A stretch of 64,000 nt of DNA, taken from NCBI GenBank assembly GCA_020846695.1, contig JADLDM010000187.1, positions 1,010-65,009 of the forward strand. The letters are read 5' to 3'. Below, in pieces: positions 36,686-44,909 of the stretch. The position numbers and the translations under genes were made by a program. Numbering within the stretch: the first letter of the stretch is position 1; every line of letters begins with the position of its first letter. The notes under the pieces were generated by a model, which saw only the letters and a program-made list of their open reading frames with translations, ran no database searches and was not told the origin of the DNA. The stretch is from a bacterium. Lineage in GTDB: Bacteria; Electryoneota; RPQS01.

Positions 36686-38626
36686 CTATTGAGCCGTACT
36701 TATCGTCTCAAACCACTTATGGAACAGCTCGGGATTGTGAACCGTCTTGCTGCCGTCCTTGCGCAGCATCTCGGCCAATTCCGAGTATTGTCGCTGAATT
36801 TCAGAACCGGGACGATATTGTCCAACCGCGAGATCTGCACGCTTCATCAGATCACTTCCCGAATCCACCCAAACCTTGAGCGAATCGGAGTATTCCGCAT
36901 CGTGACAAGTGACACAGCTTGCGGACACATCGCGCAGAACCTTGCTCTTGCCCGCTTCATGGCAATCCGTGCAGGAGACATCTTCTTGCCACATCGCAGA
37001 GGGAATTTTCGAGGCGAAGCTCTTCACCTCGCCCTTGTACACCGCGAGTTGTGCCGCGTGACAGCGCGAACAATCCTCCTTGCCGGTTGCCACGCTCTGA
37101 TGGTGACAGCTATTGCACTGCTCGCGCGACATCACCAGCTTGCCATGCGGTTCTCCTCCGACCTCATGACAGGTCTCGCATTTGCTCTGTGAAGTGTGCT
37201 TGCGGTGATCGAACATCCTTCCGTCGAAGGCCACCAACGCGTCGCCCGCCGAGGGATGACATCCCATGCAGGTCGTCGAACTGGAGCGCGCGCTGATCGG
37301 TTCAATCTGCATCGCGAGCTTCTCGATCATCTCCGGATTGTGAATCGGATTGCCCGCTTCATAAATCCGCAGCGCCGCCACAAGCGAATCGCGCGAAGCG
37401 GGTTCGAGCTTTTCGGCGCCGACCATTAATTCACGCACGCGCCTCTTCAACGGCTCTTCCCAGCGCTTCCAAAGATCGCCGTATCCGGTGTCGTGACAGG
37501 GAATGCAAGTCGGTTCGGGGCGCATCTCCTTTGCCGCGTGAACATCGCCGACATGACAGGAGGAGCAGGTCATTCCCGCGCGCGACATCGAGGAGGGCGC
37601 GAGTTCCATGCCCGGGAGATTTCCCTCCCATACGCGCTCGATGGCATTTTCCGGCCCGCCGTGACATGTTCCGCACTCGCGATCAACATTCGCCTGCGCG
37701 ACGGCCTCTTTTCCGTGACGAATTACCACGTGACATTGCGTGCACTCAACCGTGTGCTCCGTTACGTGCATCTGGTGGACGAACTCGCGATCCTCATACT
37801 TCTCGATGTGATCCACCTTCGCGTGACAGGAATTGCAGCGTTCCTTCGGAACAAATCCGTCGCCCGCGACTTCCGCCGCGTGGCAGCTTGAGCAATTCGC
37901 ATTGCGCGCCAGCATCTCCGTGTGATCAAAGCTCGTATCCGCGGCGGCAACTCCCTTCGGAGGATTGTGACATTTCGTACAAGTCGCAAGTTCCGACCAT
38001 TTGCCTGATGCATCCGGCTTGAAATGGCAGAGAAAACAGGTTGTCTCATTCACGCTGATATGCTCGCCCTGAACAATCTGCGCGTGACACGACGTGCATC
38101 TCAATTGCCGGTCGCGACGCACCTGCTCCAAGTGAGGCTTGTGATCAAAGAGCACACCCTTGAAATCCTCGGCGCTCTGCAAAAGTCTTGTGTCGTGACA
38201 GCCTGAACGCAAACAGGATGCGTCTTCGATTTCCGCCCACGGCTTCGAGCGCTTGTAAACTCCCGTGAAGTAGTTCGCCACCATCGAGAGCGCCATGAAT
38301 TTCGAATGCACCGTGCCCTCGAACCCCGGAGGAATGTGACATTCGGTGCACGTCACTTGACTGTGTGTCGAAGTTTCCCACGCGGCGAAATACGGCTCCA
38401 TCACGTGACACGATTTGCAGAACGTCGGCTGCGACGTCACCTTCACAAACGCCGTCATCGCAATCACCGTCACGACGACCGTAGCCATCAACACCAAGCC
38501 AATCCGCTTCGGACCGAAAGCGAGCAGTCTTGCCCACCCTACCTTGATCATCCAAAACGGGAGCTTGATCGTCTCCCAGCAGGCGACGAAAAACTCTTTG
38601 AACAAGCTGTTCTTCGGCTCCGTCAT
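36686..38626 (-). CDS. Membrane-anchored NapC/NirT/ImcH-like multihaem cytochrome c (17 CxxCH), putative quinol dehydrogenase
   Basis: An N-terminal TM helix is immediately followed by FCKSCH (the NapC/NirT hallmark). 17 CxxCH motifs. The start was chosen at MTEPKN, but upstream in-frame starts are possible. Confidence 0.7.
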   Translation of the reverse strand: MTEPKNSLFKEFFVACWETIKLPFWMIKVGWARLLAFGPKRIGLVLMATVVVTVIAMTAFVKVTSQPTFCKSCHVMEPYFAAWETSTHSQVTCTECHIPPGFEGTVHSKFMALSMVANYFTGVYKRSKPWAEIEDASCLRSGCHDTRLLQSAEDFKGVLFDHKPHLEQVRRDRQLRCTSCHAQIVQGEHISVNETTCFLCHFKPDASGKWSELATCTKCHNPPKGVAAADTSFDHTEMLARNANCSSCHAAEVAGDGFVPKERCNSCHAKVDHIEKYEDREFVHQMHVTEHTVECTQCHVVIRHGKEAVAQANVDRECGTCHGGPENAIERVWEGNLPGMELAPSSMSRAGMTCSSCHVGDVHAAKEMRPEPTCIPCHDTGYGDLWKRWEEPLKRRVRELMVGAEKLEPASRDSLVAALRIYEAGNPIHNPEMIEKLAMQIEPISARSSSTTCMGCHPSAGDALVAFDGRMFDHRKHTSQSKCETCHEVGGEPHGKLVMSREQCNSCHHQSVATGKEDCSRCHAAQLAVYKGEVKSFASKIPSAMWQEDVSCTDCHEAGKSKVLRDVSASCVTCHDAEYSDSLKVWVDSGSDLMKRADLAVGQYRPGSEIQRQYSELAEMLRKDGSKTVHNPELFHKWFETISTAQ

Positions 38627-38994
38627 GGCGCGCTTCGCTTCGCTGCGGCGGTGTGACGAGCCGTCTGAACACGCGAGGCAGACCGGCTCTGCTGCAAAGC
38701 CGGTCGAAGAAGTGGAGAGGCGAAATGTGTCAAGGCGCTGCTTCTTGAGGGAGGTCAGCTTTCGTGAAAATTTACACAAGTAATATCGTTAAGCAGTCGT
38801 GCATAGTCAAGCAGAAAGGACGGGTTTTTGTCACAAACCCTTTATTTCCCATGCTTACCCTGCCATCGCAATTCCAAAATTTCCCTATAATCCGACTCGT
38901 ATTCTCCACTTAAAAGAGAGGAGCTCCCCATTTCTCCCTAAACTACATACTCTTACGTCCGCTTTCTCTGTTGTGCCTCGCGATCTTTCATATA

Positions 38995-39009
38995 TGTGAC
39001 CCAGTCACA
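38995..39009. promoter_or_regulatory. Palindrome TGTGACccaGTCACA in the divergent promoter region
   Basis: A 6-bp perfect inverted repeat with a 3-nt spacer, ~80 nt upstream of the ACD start. It is CRP/FNR-like but the spacing is non-canonical. Confidence 0.25.
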
Positions 39010-39086
39010 GAAGTCCAAACTTGCGCCCCGTTTGGAATCGCCGTATTTTACAGTCTGGTGACTTCGAGAACCTCTTACACGGAACT

Positions 39087-41264
39087 ATGACTACTCTGAT
39101 CAAGCCTCAAACTCGCGCGAGCGAACCCGCTCCAATTAGTGCGAAGGATGAACTTCGCACCTTTTTTGAACCCAAATCCATCGCCGTCGTCGGCGCAAGC
39201 CGTCAGCCCGGAACCATTGGCCGTGATATGCTGAAGAAGATTCTTGACTTCGGCTTCAATGGCATCGTTTATCCCGTCAATCCTTCCGCGCGATTCGTGA
39301 ACTCGATTCGCTCCTACCGCAATGTGCTCGAAATTCCCGACTCCGTTGAGATGGCCGTCATTTGCGTGCCCAAGCATCTCGCGCTGCAAGCAATTGACGA
39401 CTGCGGAAGAAAGGACATCAAGTCCATCATTATGATTACGGCGGGATTTTCTGAGACAGGACCTGCCGGAGCGGAACTTGAAAAATTGCTCTTTGAGAAA
39501 GTTCGCTCATATCGCATGAGAATGATCGGCCCCAATTGCATGGGCGTGATCAACACGGACCCTGAAGTGCGCATGGATGCGACCTTCGCCGGCCCGAAAC
39601 CCGTGCCGGGGAATATCGGATTTCTTTCGCAAAGCGGCGCGCTTGGTGTAGCAATTCTTGAGCGCACTGCGGGAATGCAGCTCGGACTTTCTTCCTTTGT
39701 TAGTCTGGGAAATCGCACGGACGTCTCCGTGGACGACGTGTTAGCCCATTGGAAGGATGATCCGCGCACGGACCTCGCGCTGCTCTATATTGAGAGCTTC
39801 GGAAATGCTACGCGCTTCATTCAAGTTGCGCGAGAAATGGTCAAGACTAAGCCGATTATCGCAGTGAAGGCGGGACGCACCGGAGCAGGCGCGCGCGCGG
39901 CAAGTTCGCACACCGCAAGCCTCGCCGCAACCGACGTGGCCGTGGATGCAATCTTTGAATCAGCCGGCGTGATCCGTGTTGATACGGTTGAGAAACTCTT
40001 CGATTATGCGCAAGCCTTCGCCACACAGCCACTTCCTAAGGGTAAGCGTGTCGGCGTGATGTCCAACGGCGGCGGTCCGGCAATTCTCGCGACTGATGCC
40101 GTCGAAGGAAACGGTCTCATCATGGCCGAGTTCGCGGAAGAGACGACGATTGAAATGAAGAAAGTGCTGGCCGACTTAGCCAGCGCGCGCAATCCCGTGG
40201 ATATGGTTTCCGGCGCGGGCTTTTCGCATTTCGAGCGCGTGGTCGAGCTTCTGATGAATGATCCAAATACCGATGCCGTGATCGCACTGTTTGTGCAGCC
40301 GATCACATCCAACTCGCGTGAAGTTGCGGATGCAATTGCCCGCGCCTACAAGAAAAATATGCACGTCGGAAAGCCCGTGCTTGTCTGTTTCATGACGCGT
40401 GACGGAGATACGCAAGGCACTCCCGTCCTGCGCGAAGCCGGTCTGCCGGTGTATGTCTTCCCGGAATCCGCCGTGCAGTCGCTCGCCGCGATGGATCACT
40501 ATCGCGAAATCCGAGAGAGACCGACGGGAACAGTGCGCATGTTTGACGACGTGGACAAGAAGAAGGTCGCGCAGATTATTTCCGAAGCGCTTGCCTCGGG
40601 TCAGAAGCAACTCCCCACTGAAAAGGTGGTCGAGATTCTGCGCGCTTATAGATTCCCCACGCTGCGAGTGCACAAGGTTGACTCGCGTAGCGCGCTTGCG
40701 AAGACCGCAAATGAAATCGGTTATCCGCTGGTAATGAAGATCGTCGCGGAGGGGATCACGCATAAGTCTGACGTCGGCGGAGTCCGTCTGAATCTTCGCG
40801 ATGCGCAGGAAGTCGAGCTTGCATGGGATGAAATCGCAGCGGCAATTATGAGGCTCCCGCAGAAAGTTGACTCGTGGAGCGTGACGCTCGAACCGATGAT
40901 CTCCGGCGGACGCGAACTCGTGATGGGGATTCACTCCGAGCCGCTGTTCGGGCCATTGGTGATGGTGGGAATGGGCGGAATCTATGTCGAAGTTCTGAAA
41001 GACGTCGCCTTCCGTTTGACTCCGATTACCGACACGGATATTGATCACATGTTAAAGAGTCTGCGCGGTTATCCGATTCTTTCGGGCGTGCGCGGCGAGC
41101 CTTCGATTGCTTTCGATTTCGTGTATGATATGCTCGCGCGGCTTTCTCAACTCGCGCGGGACTTCCCGCAGATCAAGGAACTCGACATCAATCCGCTGCT
41201 GACCTTCCCCGCCGCCGAGGATTGCGTGGTCGTGGACGCTCGCATGGGGCTTGAGGCAAAATAG
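39087..41264 (+). CDS. ADP-forming acetyl-CoA synthetase (acetate--CoA ligase [ADP-forming]), fused alpha+beta
   Basis: The CoA-binding N-terminus (KSIAVVGAS...) is succinyl-CoA-synthetase-like (MIGPNCMGVINT). The central part is a CoA-ligase flavodoxin-like domain and the C-terminus is ATP-grasp (VMKIVAEGITHKSDVGGV). Confidence 0.8.
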   Translation: MTTLIKPQTRASEPAPISAKDELRTFFEPKSIAVVGASRQPGTIGRDMLKKILDFGFNGIVYPVNPSARFVNSIRSYRNVLEIPDSVEMAVICVPKHLALQAIDDCGRKDIKSIIMITAGFSETGPAGAELEKLLFEKVRSYRMRMIGPNCMGVINTDPEVRMDATFAGPKPVPGNIGFLSQSGALGVAILERTAGMQLGLSSFVSLGNRTDVSVDDVLAHWKDDPRTDLALLYIESFGNATRFIQVAREMVKTKPIIAVKAGRTGAGARAASSHTASLAATDVAVDAIFESAGVIRVDTVEKLFDYAQAFATQPLPKGKRVGVMSNGGGPAILATDAVEGNGLIMAEFAEETTIEMKKVLADLASARNPVDMVSGAGFSHFERVVELLMNDPNTDAVIALFVQPITSNSREVADAIARAYKKNMHVGKPVLVCFMTRDGDTQGTPVLREAGLPVYVFPESAVQSLAAMDHYREIRERPTGTVRMFDDVDKKKVAQIISEALASGQKQLPTEKVVEILRAYRFPTLRVHKVDSRSALAKTANEIGYPLVMKIVAEGITHKSDVGGVRLNLRDAQEVELAWDEIAAAIMRLPQKVDSWSVTLEPMISGGRELVMGIHSEPLFGPLVMVGMGGIYVEVLKDVAFRLTPITDTDIDHMLKSLRGYPILSGVRGEPSIAFDFVYDMLARLSQLARDFPQIKELDINPLLTFPAAEDCVVVDARMGLEAK

Positions 41265-41338
41265 TTTCTTGATGGGCGCCGGGGCCTTGTGATTGCGCGA
41301 GTGCGGCCTTATATTAGGGCAACAAGTGAGGTGTGTTT

Positions 41339-44257
41339 ATGAAGCGCTATTGTCTTCTTCTGCTTTGTATTTTCAGCGGCGCATTTGCAATCGAGAAATC
41401 GCTTGACCCGCCCCGCGCTCCGCAATCTCGACACGAGGGCGGCGCACTCGACGAGCAGCCCGTTACCAGCCTTACGATTCAGCGGGATACTGTGAAGTGC
41501 ATTCTTCGCTGGCAACCTCCGGAGGGTCAACACTACTGGGTCGTCACCGCGAGTTCATCGGCAGCGATGACTGTTGCCGACACTCTCGGCATTACACCCG
41601 ACACTTTTTTTGTGGTCTCTGACGCGCTGGGCTTCCCCTCAGCGCGTTTCTTTATGGTCTCGGGAATTGATCTGCCTCAGCCGGTTGACACGGTGCTTAC
41701 GATTGAGAATTTTGAAAATGAGCCGACGCTGATGAGTATCGCCGGTGAAGACGATGAACCCAGTGACTACGAGTTCATAGATACCGATGCCTACGGCGGC
41801 ACGGTGCACTCGCTAAGACTGTTTGGGAACACATGGAAGCGCGAGACGATTGCACCGCGACAGGTTGAATTCAACTCGCAGTGGAGTTTCGGCTGCAAGC
41901 TGATTACGCGCGGAGAAGTTCAGGCCATCGGTTTCGCCGACTCGGCCAATTATCTCTACTACATCATTTGGGGCAAAGAGGCTCCGCAGTCGCTCTACTG
42001 GATCACTACCTACGAGGGCTTCTTTGACGACGACGTGTGGACGCGCGTGGATCTTCCAATCGGAGAGGATTGGGTCGGGCGATTTGGATATGAACCGCGC
42101 ATCACTGAGCTTCGCTATGTGAACGATAACGACACGACAATTCAAAACGGCGAGTGGCTGATTGACGAGATCGTGGATGTAACCAACGGACTGAAAGATG
42201 ATCCGACCGCCGCCTTCGAGTGGACGTGGATTGCCGATCCGCATCCCGATAGTATGCAGATTTCCTTTCACTCCATGAGTTATGATCTTGATAGTCCCGC
42301 GCTTTCTCATCGCTGGAGTTTCGGCGACGGCGCATTTTCCTACGAGGTCAATCCTACGCACACCTATCTCGGCAATTCGCAATATACCGTCACGCTCACG
42401 GTCAGCGATAGCGACGGCGGCGAAGCGTGGACCGGGGTGATGATTTTTGATTCGGTAGTCACGCAGCGGCGCAACATGTGGATGGCGTTTACGGGTGACG
42501 TGATGATCGGCAGAGGCTACGAAAATAGCGGTGGGATTATTGACACTTGGGGTGTGGACACAATCTTCACCGGGACGAAGCGCCTGCTTGAGTCGGCGGA
42601 TATTGCATCAATCAACCTTGAAGTGCCGTTGACGACCGCCACCACCGCGCATCCGACTAAGGGGATTGTGATGAAAGCCAATCCCAACAGCGTGAGCGGA
42701 TTGGTCAACGCGGGAATTGACTTTGCAACGTTGGCCAACAATCACGCTTACGACTATCTTGATGCGGGACTGCTTCAAACGCTGCATGTTCTGGACAGCG
42801 TGGGGATTGTGAACAACGGCTCCAACATGACGGACTTGCTTGCAAGGAGGCCGGAATTTGTTTCGGGGAACGGACTCTCGGTCGCGATGCTTTCGATGTC
42901 TGATCGCACCGGCTCATATAATAATGTGCAGCCGTTCCTCGATGCGGGCCGCTCGCGCCCAGGATTTGCCATGTGGAATCGCAGCGCGATTGAGGCAACT
43001 GTTCCGCAGGCCGATACGCTGGCAGATTTTACCGTCCTGAACATCCACTCGGGAAGCGAGTATTCGCTTTCACCAATTTTGAGCCAACCCGCCGCACTCG
43101 ATCCGCTCGGCGATGAGGACATGCTCTTTGAGTTGATTCCTGATACGCTCGAACGTCAGCTTCGGCAGTATTCGATTGATCTCGGCGCGGACATTGTGAT
43201 CTGCCATCATCCGCACATCATGCAGGGCTTCGAAGTTCACGCGGGCAAGTTGATTGCGCACAGCCTCGGCAACTACGTGTTCGATCTGAATTATGCCGAG
43301 ACGATGCCGACCGTGATTGTGCGCGCGCACTTCGACGAGTGGGACGGAGTTGATTCGGCTTACGTCTATCCGGTCTATATTGATCGTTGGATTCCGCGAC
43401 AAGCAAGGGGCGCATTGGCGCGCAACATGCTGGACTATGAGTCCGAGATGTCGCGCAGATTGGATACGTGGCTTCTGCGCGCACCGGGCGCCGACAGCGC
43501 CGAAGTGATTTGGGACACGACAACCGTTGCGCTCCTGGATTCGCAGTGGACGGACACGCTCACGCTTTCACAGAGCGGTGCGACTTGGTTTTCACTTCCC
43601 ACCAAACTGCGCGGTGAAGGCTACATGGTTTTGGCGGAAGTGCTCGAGCCTGCGGGATGCGAGGTTCGTTTTGGACGTGAGAAGATGTGGTTTGGGAATA
43701 TGGAGGATGAGGGCTGTAACGGCTGGCTCTTGAACAGCGCTGATGAGGGTTATTTCGCGGACAGCGTTCATAGCGGGTTGCGCAGTATTCGCTTGCGGCG
43801 CGCCTTCAATCAACCGGGCAACGTCGTAACGAATAATGAGCATCGCATTCCGATCAATACGTCCCTTGAGCACTCGCTGAGCGGCTGGCTGATGACACAA
43901 GGCGCGGGCGATTGCTCCTATCAAGTGCAATTTTGGAATGCGCGCTCGGGCGGAACTAATCTCGGGCAGGTGAATATCGGCGCCGTATTGACCGGCAACA
44001 ACTCGTGGACCTATCGCCATGATGCGCTCGCGTTTCCCGGCGGCACTTCGTTTCTTGTGATTCGCGCTTCGCTCAACAATCCGACAACCGGAACAGGTTA
44101 CGCATGGTTTGATGATACTGCGCTAATCGAGTGGCAGCCGTGGCACGCCGCTCCTGATTCCGCAGGGTTTCCGAATGACTATCACTTTCTCCAAGTCCGC
44201 AGCTCCACCGCGCAAACCCAAGCCGTTATTCGTTACACGACGAGGTGCGGAGAGTAG
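41339..44257 (+). CDS. Large secreted CapA (PGA_cap) family metallophosphatase-like protein with a PKD domain
   Basis: SD AAGTGAGG. Signal peptide MKRYCLLLLCIFSGAFA. The PKD motif is WSFGDGAFSYEVNPTHTY...TVTLTVSD. CapA motifs are GDVMIGRG and LANNHAYDYLDAG. Confidence 0.65.
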   Translation: MKRYCLLLLCIFSGAFAIEKSLDPPRAPQSRHEGGALDEQPVTSLTIQRDTVKCILRWQPPEGQHYWVVTASSSAAMTVADTLGITPDTFFVVSDALGFPSARFFMVSGIDLPQPVDTVLTIENFENEPTLMSIAGEDDEPSDYEFIDTDAYGGTVHSLRLFGNTWKRETIAPRQVEFNSQWSFGCKLITRGEVQAIGFADSANYLYYIIWGKEAPQSLYWITTYEGFFDDDVWTRVDLPIGEDWVGRFGYEPRITELRYVNDNDTTIQNGEWLIDEIVDVTNGLKDDPTAAFEWTWIADPHPDSMQISFHSMSYDLDSPALSHRWSFGDGAFSYEVNPTHTYLGNSQYTVTLTVSDSDGGEAWTGVMIFDSVVTQRRNMWMAFTGDVMIGRGYENSGGIIDTWGVDTIFTGTKRLLESADIASINLEVPLTTATTAHPTKGIVMKANPNSVSGLVNAGIDFATLANNHAYDYLDAGLLQTLHVLDSVGIVNNGSNMTDLLARRPEFVSGNGLSVAMLSMSDRTGSYNNVQPFLDAGRSRPGFAMWNRSAIEATVPQADTLADFTVLNIHSGSEYSLSPILSQPAALDPLGDEDMLFELIPDTLERQLRQYSIDLGADIVICHHPHIMQGFEVHAGKLIAHSLGNYVFDLNYAETMPTVIVRAHFDEWDGVDSAYVYPVYIDRWIPRQARGALARNMLDYESEMSRRLDTWLLRAPGADSAEVIWDTTTVALLDSQWTDTLTLSQSGATWFSLPTKLRGEGYMVLAEVLEPAGCEVRFGREKMWFGNMEDEGCNGWLLNSADEGYFADSVHSGLRSIRLRRAFNQPGNVVTNNEHRIPINTSLEHSLSGWLMTQGAGDCSYQVQFWNARSGGTNLGQVNIGAVLTGNNSWTYRHDALAFPGGTSFLVIRASLNNPTTGTGYAWFDDTALIEWQPWHAAPDSAGFPNDYHFLQVRSSTAQTQAVIRYTTRCGE

Positions 44258-44419
44258 GAGAAGGTGGCGGGATTCGTTTGTGTTAGCGATTTGTATGTGA
44301 CCTCGGAAGATAGAGGCTTGGCCTCTGATTGGTCGGAAAAGTGTTCGCGAGTGCCGTTGTATCGTCGTAAACCCCCGATACTCGGGAAGGTGGTTTTTTC
44401 GCAACATGGCAGATTTCTC

Positions 44420-44452
44420 TTGACAAATAGGGGGGGGGGGGTCATTATATTA
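44420..44452 (+). promoter_or_regulatory. Sigma70-like promoter (TTGACA ... TATATT) whose spacer contains a G11 homopolymer
   Basis: TTGACA aatag G11 tcat TATATT gives a 20-nt spacer as read. It is ~60 nt upstream of the SD and ATG at 44513. Confidence 0.35.
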
Positions 44453-44512
44453 TAGCAACCTCCTTGGCCAAGGGGAAATCAGGTGGGAGAAATCTAAACA
44501 AAGGAGATTGCC

Positions 44513-44908
44513 ATGAAGAAGAGACCGGTACTGCCAATCAAGTCGGCGCTTCGCGTCGCAATTTTGTGTGCATTTGCTGGCACAGCGAGTGCACTATTAG
44601 TTAGTCACACCCACACAATCAGCGACGATCCTAAGAACACGAATTTTACGGCGGTGTCCGGAGCGTACAAGCATGAGGCTCTTGCGCCTACGTCAGGAAG
44701 TGTTAATACGGTTATCTATGACGCGGACACCAACACCGTAAGTTTGCTGCATCCCTCGGACGGCATCTGTCAAGCCGCATCCATAATGCTGCTCTCGACT
44801 AACTATCGACTATACAGCACAGCTACGATCTCGGTAGGAATAGCAAGGGCCCGCGTGAGAGGCAACAGTGTTGCCCCGCCGCTGTGCGAAACCGGCAGCG
44901 GGAACTGA
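44513..44908 (+). CDS. Small secreted hypothetical protein
   Basis: Strong SD AAGGAGA. Signal peptide MKKRPVLPIKSALRVAILCAFAGTASA. No recognisable domain. Confidence 0.5.
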   Translation: MKKRPVLPIKSALRVAILCAFAGTASALLVSHTHTISDDPKNTNFTAVSGAYKHEALAPTSGSVNTVIYDADTNTVSLLHPSDGICQAASIMLLSTNYRLYSTATISVGIARARVRGNSVAPPLCETGSGN

Positions 44909-44909
44909 A

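Noticed and set aside
38810-38840. Hairpin GGGTTTttgtcacAAACCC + TTTATTT as a plus-strand terminator
   Set aside because: No plus-strand gene ends upstream of it. It lies in the 5' region of the minus-strand ImcH-like gene. It is more likely a leader or antisense structure, and the evidence is insufficient to call it.
38995-39009. Calling TGTGACccaGTCACA a bona fide CRP site
   Set aside because: The spacer length does not match the canonical TGTGA-N6-TCACA. It is kept only as a low-confidence palindrome.
40176-41048. 290-aa minus-strand ORF inside the ACD gene
   Set aside because: It is antisense to a gene with clear CoA-binding and ATP-grasp homology and has no recognisable features.
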